64,000 nt of DNA from Clostridiales bacterium (GCA_022009995.1 CP091734.1:128997-192996), one strand, 5' to 3'. Shown: positions 52,262 to 62,635, counted from the stretch's first letter. Notes: generated from the sequence alone by a model not told the origin. Numbers and translations: made by a program.

Positions 52262-52647
52262 CGAGGTGTCCCTTCCTCAGTGATATGCCAGCGGCGTGGT
52301 ATTGTCTTTGACAGTGATATGCCTACGGCGTGATATTTGCCCTGCGGACAAGTTATGGATAAGTATTTGTCATTGCGAGCGGAAAACCGGGGACCCCACG
52401 GGTACACAGTATCCCGCGGGGTCCCCATTTTCCACGAATTTTCAGGTTCCGCCGAAAAGGCGCAAACATACAAGCGTTAAAAACCGAGAATGCGTCGCAC
52501 ACTGCACTTTTGAAATCACATTATTGCAAGCAATAATGCTCACTCTTATGCTTGTGTGCTCCTTTTCCCCACGGGTACACAGTATCCCGTGGGGTCCCCA
52601 TTTTCCACGGATTTTCAGGTTCTCGGAAAAACTCAAAAAGGCGCAAA
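52262..52647. repeat. Cluster of REP-like structured repeats (1.5 tandem units plus TGTCATTGCGAGCG and GGTGTCCCTTCC modules).
   Basis: CCCCACGGGTACACAGTATCCCG(C/T)GGGGTCCCCATTTTCCACG(A/G)ATTTTCAGGTT occurs at 52394 and 52567. The unit 52497-52575 recurs at 58455-58559. It contains nested hairpins (CCCCACGGG/CCCGTGGGG; TTATTGC/GCAATAA; GCACAC/GTGTGC). Confidence 0.6.
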
Positions 52648-55497
52648 TTATCGGTTTTTAATCGCGTCGACGGGTTTCTTTCGGGCAATCCTAAGTACAG
52701 GTATAAAGCTTGCGAAAAGTGCCGTGGCGATGCAGCCCAGAAGGATAATTCCGATCTCGCGAATTCCGTAACTTAAAAGGGTTATCGGCAGTCCGTAGGT
52801 TGCGCGCAGGGACGAGTTTACAACGGAAACCACAACGCCACTTCCTATCGTCGCAAGCACGAATACGATAAGCGAAATCACAAGCGCCTCGTTGAAGAAT
52901 ATGCCAAAAACGTCACTTGAACGCGCGCCGACGGCTCGTAAAATGCCGATTTCGCGTTTTTTGTAGGATATCGACGCCGAAATGTAAGTCATAAACAGTA
53001 TGACGGCGAATACGAAAACACCAATACCGACGTACAACAGAATTTTGGCAATGTTTTCAATGATCGAACCCACCATATTTTCCGCCGAAACGACGTAGTT
53101 GACCAGTGAATACTTAACGCCGTCTTCGCTTTTCATCGAAAACTCGACAACTTTTTCAAGGTCGGATTTTGAAAGTTTTCCACCGGAAATCGCCCTTGCG
53201 TATTTACCGACGGGCGCGTTTTTGATTTCGGCGGCAAGGCTGTCGGACACGCCGATGAAACTTTTGTCGACAGTGCCGTCGCCGTTATCGAAGAAGTAAC
53301 CTTTTATCGTTAAGATTTTCGTGATATACGGGTTATAAGTCCCGCCGCACTGCATTTTGATTTTCGCGTCTTTCACAAGCGGCGAAAGCGTCGCTTTGAT
53401 TTCTTCATTGTCGGAAGAATTTTCTATGCCGTCAAGCCTGTCGCATATTCCCGTGTTGTCGTAATAAACGTTTTTCAAAGCGTTTATAAGTTGTTTTATT
53501 TCCAGCACGATTTCGTCGTCCGAAAGCGTGGTTTTGCCGCTGTCAAAAAACACGGTGCCCGCGTAATCGGCGGTTGTGAAGTAGTGGCGATAATCTCCGC
53601 CCATATACATTCTGCGCGTTTTTCCGTTAATTTCTTCGCTTTGCAGAATCGCCCTGTCGTAAATTTCCCCGCCGAATCCCTTGTAGGAGAGGTAGTTTTT
53701 AATAAAATCCTTTCCGCAAAAGAGCAAGCCCGAAAACGCGCTGTTATGTTCGCTTGAAAACTGGCTTTGCAACATGAAGTAATCAAGCGCGTCGTCGTCG
53801 CTGCCGACGGTCTTGTCAAGAGCGGCGTATCTGGAATAATCGTAGCCCGTTTTCACGACGCCGACGATTTTGAACGTGCCGTTCATCGCACTGCCCGCGA
53901 TTTTCAGGTTCGGTTGTGCATTGACAAAGTCCGCGGCGTTTTTAATCCCCGCCGCTTCGATATTTTTGCTTTCGTCGGGAACGCCGTTTTCGTCAACGTA
54001 GGCGTATCCCCATTTTTTGAAGCAATCGAAGACAAAGTCGCTTATCGCGATTTCGTCGTTACTCTTTGGCAGCCGCCCCGCCATAAGCGAAAGATTGTGC
54101 TTTTTCAGGGTGGCTTCGTCCCCGATTTCGACGATGCCAGAAACGCTGCCGTCATAAACCCTGCTTGTCGCGTCTTTCAGGAAATTCCCGGAAACGCTCG
54201 CGCTGCCTCCGCTGTAATATCCGCTGCCGCTTTCGGACAGCACGGGCAAAAAATCCATGCCCGTCTTGTTTTTCAGATTTTCGACGTCGGCGTCAGACAT
54301 TCGTTTTTCGGTGAAGAACTGATCGCCGAACTCGTCAACCTGCACCGTTTTTCTGAACGTGGTATATTTTATGCCGCTGTCGATAATCGAGTTGACGATG
54401 GCGGTCTTGCTGTCGTACGCGGCAAAACTGTCCACGATTCCGAACATTGCAAAGCATACGAAACACAAGAAAATCGTAATTATCAGCCTGAACGGCTTGG
54501 TTTTCATTCCGCTGACGCCCATTTTGAAACTTTCTTTCACGGGCATACGCGATTTAATAAGTCTGAACGGTTTGTCGTCGGAAATTTTTATCGCGTTTTC
54601 GTCGGTGGGGGCAAACGACTCCATTTTCCCATCTTCATCGATGTGCGACGCGGTTTTTACGTCGGCGTTGACCTTCTCGTCAAGCGACAAATACGCTTCG
54701 TCCCGTTCAAGATATTCGTTGATACGCTTTACGTCGTCGGCGGTCAGCCTGTACCCTTTCGGGAAGCGCAAAAGTTTCCCCTTGTAGTTTTCCGCGCCGC
54801 CCTCTTCCACTTCGGCGTCGATGCGGTGTTTTTCGATGTCGGAAATTACTTTGCCGTCTTTAAGTTCGATCACCCTGTCGCCGTAGGACTCGGCAAATTC
54901 GCGGTCGTGCGAAACGACGATGACGAGTTTGTCCTTTGACAACTTTTTAAGGGTGTCGAAAACTTGTATTCCCGTGCCGCTGTCAAGTGCGCCGGTGGGC
55001 TCGTCCGCCATGATGATTTCGGGGTTTTTGACAAGCGCCCTTGCGATTGCGACGCGCTGTTTCTGCCCACCGGACAACTCGTTGGGCTTCCTTTTTCCAT
55101 AGCCCGAAAGCCCGACTTCGTCCAAAATTTCGTTGATTTTTTCGTCGGTCGCTTTTGCCCCTTGAAGTTTCAGCGCAAGCGCGATATTCGCACCCACGTT
55201 GAAGTCTTCCAGAATGTTGTATTCCTGAAAAATAAAGCCGAGATACGTGTTGCGGTAACTGTCGAAATCGCCCGTGGAGAACTCCTTGGACGACTTGCCT
55301 TTGATGATGATTTCGCCGCTGTCCGCCGTGTCGAGCCCGCCCATAACGTTCAGTAGGGTGGACTTTCCGCTGCCCGATTTTCCGAGTATGAACACAAGTC
55401 CTTTTTCGGGAAATTTCAGACTTACGTCGTCAAGGGCTTTCACCTCGTCGCCTTTTTTCGGGCGATAAGTTTTTACGATATTTTTAATCTCAATCAT
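52648..55497 (-). CDS. Fused ABC transporter ATP-binding / FtsX-family permease (MacB-like) with a very large extracytoplasmic domain. Intact, 949 aa.
   Basis: GGAGG RBS plus ATG 55497: MIEIKNIVKTYRPKKGDEVKALDDVSL...LGKSGSGKSTLLN...LSGGQKQRVAIARAL...IIMADEPTGALD. C-terminal FtsX TM bundle with ...KKREIGILRAVGARSSDV.... Confidence 0.9.
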   Translation of the reverse strand: MIEIKNIVKTYRPKKGDEVKALDDVSLKFPEKGLVFILGKSGSGKSTLLNVMGGLDTADSGEIIIKGKSSKEFSTGDFDSYRNTYLGFIFQEYNILEDFNVGANIALALKLQGAKATDEKINEILDEVGLSGYGKRKPNELSGGQKQRVAIARALVKNPEIIMADEPTGALDSGTGIQVFDTLKKLSKDKLVIVVSHDREFAESYGDRVIELKDGKVISDIEKHRIDAEVEEGGAENYKGKLLRFPKGYRLTADDVKRINEYLERDEAYLSLDEKVNADVKTASHIDEDGKMESFAPTDENAIKISDDKPFRLIKSRMPVKESFKMGVSGMKTKPFRLIITIFLCFVCFAMFGIVDSFAAYDSKTAIVNSIIDSGIKYTTFRKTVQVDEFGDQFFTEKRMSDADVENLKNKTGMDFLPVLSESGSGYYSGGSASVSGNFLKDATSRVYDGSVSGIVEIGDEATLKKHNLSLMAGRLPKSNDEIAISDFVFDCFKKWGYAYVDENGVPDESKNIEAAGIKNAADFVNAQPNLKIAGSAMNGTFKIVGVVKTGYDYSRYAALDKTVGSDDDALDYFMLQSQFSSEHNSAFSGLLFCGKDFIKNYLSYKGFGGEIYDRAILQSEEINGKTRRMYMGGDYRHYFTTADYAGTVFFDSGKTTLSDDEIVLEIKQLINALKNVYYDNTGICDRLDGIENSSDNEEIKATLSPLVKDAKIKMQCGGTYNPYITKILTIKGYFFDNGDGTVDKSFIGVSDSLAAEIKNAPVGKYARAISGGKLSKSDLEKVVEFSMKSEDGVKYSLVNYVVSAENMVGSIIENIAKILLYVGIGVFVFAVILFMTYISASISYKKREIGILRAVGARSSDVFGIFFNEALVISLIVFVLATIGSGVVVSVVNSSLRATYGLPITLLSYGIREIGIILLGCIATALFASFIPVLRIARKKPVDAIKNR

Positions 55498-55629
55498 AAA
55501 ACCTCCGTGGCCGATGTTTTTACCGACCATAGATATATTATACTTTATACAACGATATACTGTAAAACGAAAATATACCTTAATTTTCGCACACCGTCGC
55601 GCACGACTTTCAATTTTTCAAAAGCGCAG

Positions 55630-55658
55630 ATTTTTCGCATTAAAAAAGCATCTCGATT
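55630..55658 (-). terminator. Terminator after clpB.
   Basis: AAGCATCTC-AAATC-GAGATGCTT followed by TTTTAATG on the minus strand. Confidence 0.6.
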
Positions 55659-55675
55659 TGAGATGCTTCTTCGTT

Positions 55676-58269
55676 TTATTTTTCGGGTTTTTCGGGTGCG
55701 ATTTTAAGCGCGCCGTTTTCCGCGTCGACGACTATTACGTCGCCTTCGTCAAGGTTGCCCGAAAGTATGATTCTTGCAACCGGCGTTTCGATGTGGCTTT
55801 CGATGAAACGCTTCAAAGGTCTTGCGCCGAACGTTACGTCGTAGCCGCCGTCGATAATGACGTCTTTGCCGCATCTGTAACTTTAAGGTGCAGATTTTGC
55901 CTTTCAAGCCTTGAATTGAGTTTTTCAAGCAACAAGTCGATTATCTTCTTCACACTGTCGCGAGTAAGCGGAGTGAACGTTACGATGTCGTCCAGACGGT
56001 TCAGGAATTCGGGACGGAACGTCGATTTCAACAATGCTGAAACCTGCTCTTTTGCCTCTGCCGAGATGTTGCCGTCTTTGTCGATGCCGTCCAGAATATA
56101 CTGACTGCCCAGGTTACTGGTCATAATGATAATCGTGTTTGAAGTTGACCGTTCTGCCCTGACTGTCGGTAATTCTGCCGTCGTCAAGCACTTGCAAAAG
56201 CACGTTGAATACGTCGGGATGCGCCTTTTCGATTTCGTCGAACAGCACGACGGAATAAGGTTTGCGCCTTACCGCTTCGGTAAGTTGTCCGCCTTCGTCG
56301 TAGCCCACGTATCCCGGAGGCGCGCCGATAAGACGCGACACGCTGAACTTTTCCATATACTCGGTCATATCGATTCTCACGATATTTCTCTCGTCGTCGA
56401 AAAGATAATTCGCAAGGGTTTTCGCAAGCTCGGTTTTACCGACGCCCGTCGGACCTAAGAACATGAAACTGCCGATAGGACGGTTTTCATCGGATATGCC
56501 CGCACGCGAACGCAGGATTGCGTCGGCGACTTTCGTGACCGCCTCGTCTTGACCGATAACTCTCTTATGCAACTCGTTGCCGAGATTCAAGAGTTTGGTT
56601 TTCTCGCTTTCCATAAGTTTCGTCACGGGGATACCCGTCCATTTTGCGACGATTTGCGATTTCGTCCGCCGTAACTTCGTCGCGGAGCAGGCTTGAATTT
56701 TCGTGTTTGCCCGCCTTGCTTTCGGCTTCTTCCAGACGTTTTTGAAGTTCGGGAAGTTTTCCGTATTGCAGTTCCGCCGCGCGCGTGAAGTCGTAAGACC
56801 TTTTCGCTTCTTCGATTTCAAGGTTCACTTTATCGATTTCGGCTTTGGTTTCCTGCACGCCGACAATCTTTTTCTTTTCGTTTTCAAGCTGGGCTTTCAT
56901 CTCGTTGAACTTCGCGTTAAGTTCCGCAAGTTCCTTTTCGATGCTCGCCTTGCGCTCCATCGACAGTTTGTCGCTTTCTTTTTTTAATGCGGATTCTTCG
57001 ATTTCAAGTTGCATTATCTTGTGCGAAATGTCGTCCATTTCGGCAGGCATGCTGTCGATTTCGGTACGAATCATGGCGCACGCTTCGTCGACAAGGTCGA
57101 TTGCCTTATCGGGCAGGAATCTGTCGGTAATGTAACGGTCGGACAAGGTCGCCGCCGCAACGAGTGCCTGGTCGTGAATTCTCACGCCGTGATAGATTTC
57201 GTATCTTTCTTTCAGTCCCCTTAAAATCGCAATCGTATCTTCGACGTCGGGCTGATCGACGGTCACCGGTTGGAAACGACGTTCAAGCGCGGGATCTTTT
57301 TCGATATACTTGCGGTATTCGTCCAAAGTCGTCGCGCCTATGCAGTGCAACTCGCCACGGGCAAGCATAGGTTTCAGGAGATTGCCTGCGTCCATGCTGC
57401 CTTCGGTCTTGCCTGCGCCGACGATCGTGTGCAATTCGTCGATGAACAAAAGCGTCCTGCCTTCCTGTTTTTTGATTTCGTTAAGGACGGCTTTCAGCCT
57501 TTCTTCAAATTCGCCGCGGTACTTCGCGCCCGCAATCAACGCACCCATATCCAGCGCGAAAACCTTTTTGTCTTTCAATCCTTCGGGGACGTCGCCGCGT
57601 ACGATACGCTGTGCAAGCCCTTCAACGATTGCGGTCTTGCCGACGCCGGGATCACCGATAAGCACGGGGTTGTTTCGTCTTTCTGGAAAGAATCCTTATG
57701 ACGTTTCTTATTTCCTCGTCACGGCCGATTACGGGGTCGAGTTTTCCGTTTCTTGCCCTTTCGACAAGGTCGTATCCGTATTTATTGAGCGCTTCGTAAG
57801 TGTCTTCCGGATTGTCCGTGGTGTTGGGCGCGGTTTTGATTTTTTTCAAAGCGTCCAGAAACGCCGCCTTGTCCACGCCGTACGCCGAAAACAATTTTTT
57901 GAGATTCGCCGTCTGGTTGTCGAGAATACCTTCAAAAAGATGCTCGACCCCGACGTATGCGTCGCCGTCTTTTTTGGCGTACTTTTCGGCAGCGGCAACG
58001 ACTTTCGCCGCTTCGTTACCGAGATACATGCTCGCGCCTTCGCCCGAAACCCTCGGGAAAGATTTAATCACGTTTTCGACAGCGCCTTTAAGACTGTCGG
58101 CGCTTACTTGCAGTCCTGTTAAAATTTTATAAATGAGTCCGTTTTCGTCGTCAAGTAAAGCGTATAAAAAATGCTCGGGCTTAATTTCCTGATTGTCGTG
58201 TTCGAGAGCGACGTTTTGCGCGCCCTGCACGGCCTCAACGGCTTTTGCGGTATATTTATTAGTATCCAT
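55676..58269 (-). CDS. clpB: ATP-dependent chaperone ClpB (~865 aa). At least 4 apparent frameshifts (5 fragments).
   Basis: [29 protein letters not shown]...; the NBD1 Walker [20 protein letters not shown]; a coiled-coil M domain; the NBD2 [14 protein letters not shown]; and C-terminal ...[23 protein letters not shown]... in a further frame. Confidence 0.95.
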
Positions 58270-58334
58270 ATATTATTTATCCTCCTTTTTACGATAATAC
58301 ATACGCGAGCGTTGGCAGTCAGCGTTACAAACCG

Positions 58335-58361
58335 TTAGCACTCGCAACCTTTGATTGCTAA
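58335..58361. promoter_or_regulatory. CIRCE operator (HrcA binding site) in the clpB leader.
   Basis: TTAGCACTC-GCAACCTTT-GATTGCTAA against the consensus TTAGCACTC-N9-GAGTGCTAA (one mismatch). It lies directly downstream of the -10 box. Confidence 0.7.
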
Positions 58362-58363
58362 TT

Positions 58364-58391
58364 ATTGTAACACTTATTTACGATTTGTCAA
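58364..58391 (-). promoter_or_regulatory. Sigma-A promoter of clpB.
   Basis: On the minus strand: TTGACA (58386-58391), 16 nt, TACAAT (58364-58369). Confidence 0.5.
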
Positions 58392-58454
58392 TACCTTTAT
58401 GAAAAAAAGTTAAAGAAAAATACAACAAAAAAAGCACGCAAAGCGTGCTAACGG

Positions 58455-58559
58455 CGCACACTTCGCTTTTGAAATCACGTTATCGCAAGCGATAACGCTC
58501 ACTCTTTTGCTTGTGTGCGCCTTTTCCCCGCGAGTACACAGTATCCCGCGGGGTCCCCA
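58455..58559. repeat. Third copy of the REP-like structured repeat.
   Basis: GCGCACACTTCGCTTTTGAAATCACGTTATCGCAAGCGATAACGCTCACTCTTTTGCTTGTGTGCGCCTTTTCCCCGCGAGTACACAGTATCCCGCGGGGTCCCCA aligns with 52497-52600. Substitutions in the TTATYGC/GCRATAA and CCCCRCG/CGYGGGG stems are compensatory. Confidence 0.6.
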
Positions 58560-58707
58560 AGATTAAAATCGTCAGAATTTTGATTAAAAACTATCCCAAA
58601 AACGGCATAAATTAGATGGATTTTTGGGGTTCTTGACGGGTTCGTGCGAAGGCGCGTACTTTGTCGTACGTAACTGAGCAGGGTTCCGTCAAAACGCCGA
58701 AAAGGCG

Positions 58708-59667
58708 CTAATTTTTGCCGTTTTTTAAGGCGAGGGCGGCAGCACCTAAGATACCAGCCTCATTTTTAAGCGTCGCCTTAACAACCTTAATATACGGGTT
58801 TCTTTTGCCGCCGTAACTGTAACGGGTGACGTACGCTTGCAGGCGTTTTATGAACCAGTCGCCCTGATTGCTTATACCGCCGCCCATAAAGATTATTTCG
58901 GGACGGATATAGTTGCCGATATTCACAAGCCCTTCGCCGACGTATCTGATATATCTTGAAACAAGGGCTTTTGCGGTTTTGTCGCCCGCGTTCATCGCGT
59001 CGAATGCCGTACGCCCCGTGACCTTCCCTTCTTTTTTGGCGATTTCGTTCATCAGACTTTCGGGATGTTTTTCCATCGCGCGTTTGGTATCACGGATAAG
59101 AGCAGTTGCCGACGCATACGCTTCCCAGCAACCGCGCCTGCCGCAACCGCATTTTTCGCCGCCCATACGAATGACAGTGTGTCCGCCCTCGCCGCCTGCG
59201 CCTTTGAAGCCGGAAATCAAATTACCTTTAACAAGCGTGCCTGTCCCTACACCTGTGCCGAGTGTCACCATGACAGCATTTTGCACGCCTTTCATATCGC
59301 CGAACACCGATTCGCCGATGACAGCGCAGTCCGCGTCGTTGCCGATATACACGGGAAAATCGAAATATTTTTTGAATTCCGCACGGAAATCGTAATCGCG
59401 GAAGAAAATATTGCAGGTATAAAAAATCTTTGCGGTGTCGGGATCGACCGTGCCGGGGACGCCCATGCCCATTCCCGCGATCTCGTCCGTCGAAATGCCG
59501 GCGTCTTCCAAAAGTTTTCCGACAAGCCCCGCGATATCTTTTGTGTTGTCGTCGGACGGTTGCGTCGGTTTTGTAACAACGCTGTCTTTCACGATTATGT
59601 TGCCGTTTTCGTCGACGATGCCGCCTTTAATGCTCATACCGCCCACGTCGATACCTATATAATACAT
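58708..59667 (-). CDS. glk: ROK family glucokinase. Intact.
   Basis: MYYIGIDVGGMSIKGGIVDENG...IGNDADCAVIGE...GHTVIRMGGEKCGCGRRGCWEAYAS. Start taken at ATG 59667. Confidence 0.85.
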   Translation of the reverse strand: MYYIGIDVGGMSIKGGIVDENGNIIVKDSVVTKPTQPSDDNTKDIAGLVGKLLEDAGISTDEIAGMGMGVPGTVDPDTAKIFYTCNIFFRDYDFRAEFKKYFDFPVYIGNDADCAVIGESVFGDMKGVQNAVMVTLGTGVGTGTLVKGNLISGFKGAGGEGGHTVIRMGGEKCGCGRRGCWEAYASATALIRDTKRAMEKHPESLMNEIAKKEGKVTGRTAFDAMNAGDKTAKALVSRYIRYVGEGLVNIGNYIRPEIIFMGGGISNQGDWFIKRLQAYVTRYSYGGKRNPYIKVVKATLKNEAGILGAAALALKNGKN

Positions 59668-59828
59668 ATTCAAATCCTTATTTTTTTTCTTAATTTTATC
59701 ACAAATACACGGCGCGCGCAACGGTTGCGCCGGGACATTTTCAGGTGTAGCGCAAAATTCTTCTTGATTTATCACGTTATCGTGTGATACAATACTTCTA
59801 AGAATAATGATTATTGGGGATTTATATT

Positions 59829-60242
59829 ATGTTGAAACCGGAAGAAATTATTGCGGCAAGGATTCTTATGAACACCAACGAGGTTTTTTTGTCCTCGGTC
59901 GGCGCAGGAGGCGGTCCACGTTCCAGTATTATCACGAAACTTCGCTCGGAAGGACACAACGTCATTTATTTCGGCGCGCCGATTAACAGCCAGAAAGTCC
60001 AGAATATCCGACAAAATCAGAACGCAAGTATTTGCTATTACAGCGGCTCGGACAGCATCACTCTTTTGGGCAAGGTTGAGTTTGTCACCGACAACACTTT
60101 AAGGAAGCAACTCTGGCACGAATGGTGCAAAAAAACCAACGCGATCGCGCTTAACGAGTACGACTTCTGCCCGATGAAGTTCACGACGACGGAAGCCACT
60201 TTCTGGATACGAAACAAGCTTTCGACCTTCACTTACGAATAA
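59829..60242 (+). CDS. Pyridoxamine 5'-phosphate oxidase family protein (general-stress-26-like).
   Basis: MLKPEEIIAARILMNTNEVFLSSVGAGGGPRSSIITKL...ASICYYSGSDSITLLGKVEFVTDNTLRKQLW.... Confidence 0.6.
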   Translation: MLKPEEIIAARILMNTNEVFLSSVGAGGGPRSSIITKLRSEGHNVIYFGAPINSQKVQNIRQNQNASICYYSGSDSITLLGKVEFVTDNTLRKQLWHEWCKKTNAIALNEYDFCPMKFTTTEATFWIRNKLSTFTYE

Positions 60243-60288
60243 TCGCGATTAAAGAATAATCAAAGTTCGTCCCGAATATAAATACCGT

Positions 60289-60582
60289 ATGAAATATACG
60301 GTAATTCGGGTTGGCTTTGGCGAGAACGCCTCATCTTTGGCAAGAAAATACAAAACGACCGAAAGGTCGCTTTTTTTATTGAACGATAATCCGCTTTTCT
60401 TTGAGGGGGAACGTCTTATCGCGGCGGAATTCCACGGGAAAACCTGCGTCGCGAAGCCTTTCGACACGGCGGAAACCGTCGCAAAAAGGACGGGAACAAG
60501 AAAAGAAGAAGTGATCCGTCTGAACGGCACCGACAAATTCTTCCCCGGTCAGAACGTGATTCTTTCGGATTATGACGAATAA
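60289..60582 (+). CDS. Small LysM-like domain protein (tentative).
   Basis: ...CVAKPFDTAETVAKRTGTRKEEVIRLNGTDKFFPGQNVIL resembles a LysM motif. It overlaps the start of the next gene by 11 nt. Confidence 0.45.
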   Translation: MKYTVIRVGFGENASSLARKYKTTERSLFLLNDNPLFFEGERLIAAEFHGKTCVAKPFDTAETVAKRTGTRKEEVIRLNGTDKFFPGQNVILSDYDE

Positions 60583-62095
60583 GAAAAGTATTTTTAAATC
60601 GGTCGCGGTCGTAACGGCGTTTTCGGTCGCGACAAGACTTTTTGCGTTTTTGTTCAAAGTTTTCGTGTCGCGGCAGTTCGGCGCGAGCGTTGTCGGCGTA
60701 TATCAGATGGCGTTGAGTTTTTATTTTTTCGCGTCGGCGGTTGCGCTCAGCGGACTTCCGACGGTGATAAGCCGAAAGATTGCCGAGGACGAAAAAACGG
60801 GCGGCGAAAACGTTCCGTCGCTTATTTCGACCGCGCTTGTTTTGTCGCTGTCGTCGGTACTTCCGATACTTTCGGTAATATATCCCGTCGCTTTCCTTTT
60901 GCCGTCGGTTTTTGCGGACGAGCGGGTTTTGCCGCTTGTCGTGATTATGCTGCCCGCACTTCTGAGCACAAGTATTTACAACGTTATCCGCAGTTGGTTC
61001 TGGGGAAAAAGGTCTTTTCTTGCGTTCAGTTTCACCGAGATGCTGGAAGAAGTCCTTCGCATTACTTTCACGCTGATATTTTCGCTGGGACTTATCGCCG
61101 CCGTAACGCCGCTTAAAGGGCTTGCGGTAGGTTTTTTGGTGTCGGATATTGCGTGCGCCGTCGTACTTTTCATACTGTTTTTGATAAAAAAAGGTAAATT
61201 CGGCCGTATTAAAGACGTTCCGGCGGTGTTAAAACCCTCGCTTCCGATAACGGCGATGCGCGTTTTCGGCGGAGTCATCGGCGCGTTTACGGCAATCGTG
61301 ATTCCCGTCCTGCTCATAAAATACGGTATGGAAAAAAGCGACGCGTCGGCAACTTTCGGACGCGTTACCGGAATGGCGATGCCTCTTCTTATGGCACCGA
61401 CCACTCTCACGGGCGCGCTGTCCGTCGTGCTTATCCCTGAAATCGCGACGATTAAACACGACGATAAATCCGCGATGTCCGCACGCATTGACGGCAGCAT
61501 AAATTTTGCGATAATAATCGCAGCCCTTTTCACGATTTTGTATATCCCGCTTGGAAAAGAAATCACGTCTTTCGTGTTCAAAGACGAGTTTTCGGGCGTG
61601 TATCTTTCAAACGTCGCGCTTATGCTGTACCCGCTGGGGCTCAACCAGATTTCGACGTCGATATTAAACTCGATGGGGCTTGAAAAGAAATCTTTTTTCA
61701 ATTACGCCGTCGGCGCGGCGATACTTATGATTCTGACGCTCGCGCTGCCGAAGTACGTCGGAATTTACGCTGTCGCGATCGGGGGCGCGGCGGGAAGCGT
61801 CGTCACGTCTTTTCTGAACCTTAACGCGCTCAATAAAAAAGCGCGGATTCTGGACAATCCCAAAAAGACCGCGCTTGCAATATTGTTGTCGTTTCCGCTT
61901 GTCGCACTGACCTGTCTTCTGAAAAATCTGCTGTTTTTCAAAATTCCGCCGTTTTTCGCGATTGCGATTTCGGGCGGAATACCGATGATTTTATACCTTG
62001 CGGCGTGCGTCGCTTTCAGAATCTTCGACGTCACTCGCTTTTACAAAACGACGCGGAAAAAATCTTTGAAAAAACGGGATAAATCAAAAAAGTAA
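60572..62095 (+). CDS. MOP-superfamily polysaccharide/peptidoglycan-precursor flippase (SpoVB/MurJ-like). Intact.
   Basis: 507 aa, about 14 TM helices. N-terminus is MTNKKSIFKSVAVVTAFSVATRLFAFLFKVFVSRQFGASVVGVYQMA. Confidence 0.75.
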   Translation: MTNKKSIFKSVAVVTAFSVATRLFAFLFKVFVSRQFGASVVGVYQMALSFYFFASAVALSGLPTVISRKIAEDEKTGGENVPSLISTALVLSLSSVLPILSVIYPVAFLLPSVFADERVLPLVVIMLPALLSTSIYNVIRSWFWGKRSFLAFSFTEMLEEVLRITFTLIFSLGLIAAVTPLKGLAVGFLVSDIACAVVLFILFLIKKGKFGRIKDVPAVLKPSLPITAMRVFGGVIGAFTAIVIPVLLIKYGMEKSDASATFGRVTGMAMPLLMAPTTLTGALSVVLIPEIATIKHDDKSAMSARIDGSINFAIIIAALFTILYIPLGKEITSFVFKDEFSGVYLSNVALMLYPLGLNQISTSILNSMGLEKKSFFNYAVGAAILMILTLALPKYVGIYAVAIGGAAGSVVTSFLNLNALNKKARILDNPKKTALAILLSFPLVALTCLLKNLLFFKIPPFFAIAISGGIPMILYLAACVAFRIFDVTRFYKTTRKKSLKKRDKSKK

Positions 62096-62635
62096 GCCCG
62101 ACGTTTATCGCGGTAACGGGCGTTTGCGTAACCGCGCGCACCCCCATATAGGCAAAAAACGTCTGCCCTTTGCTGAGCCCCATAAGATACAATGCGTACG
62201 TGTTTATGAAAAGCGTGCAGACGACGTAAACCAAAATATACGATATTGCGATATTCACGTACGGCATCGCGCCGCCGAGTTTTTTGATTTTAATATACGA
62301 CGTGAGCCCCGGGATAACGCCGATAAGTACCGACGCGCAAGAATTACCGGGTTTGGCGCATACCCGCCGCCGACGAAACAGCCGATTACGTCGCCGAGTC
62401 CGCCGACAAGTCCGCCGGCAATCGGCCCGAAAAAGTACCCCGCAAGAAAACATACCGTATAAGTCAGCGTGATTTTGAGCGTGCCTAAGCGCGGCGAGAA
62501 TATGCCGACAACGACGTTCAACGCCACGAATACCGCAAGGTACGCAATCTTTTGCGCCGTGAAATAACGTTTTTTTTCGGAAGACTCCCCGACGGAAACG
62601 TCGGGTTCTTGTGCAACGATTTTGTTTTTGAGCAT
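62031..62635 (-). CDS. folT: ECF transporter S component, folate family (assigned from the upstream THF riboswitch). One frameshift near 62400.
   Basis: ...FTAQKIAYLAVFVALNVVVGIFSP...TVCFLAGYFFGPIAGGLVGGLGDVIGCFVGGGYAPNP... joins ...VLIGVIPGLTSYI...INTYALYLMG.... Confidence 0.7.

Noticed and set aside
52368-52647. Considered whether the tandem repeats are a CRISPR array.
   Set aside because: There are only 1.5 units. The units are >100 nt with complex nested hairpins and there are no short regular spacers. No cas genes are present, and another copy stands alone at 58455.
62031-62095. 65-nt convergent overlap between the flippase 3' end and the folT 3' end.
   Set aside because: Given the indel rate in this assembly, one of the two C-termini is probably artificially extended by a frameshift. 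I do not treat it as a real antisense overlap.
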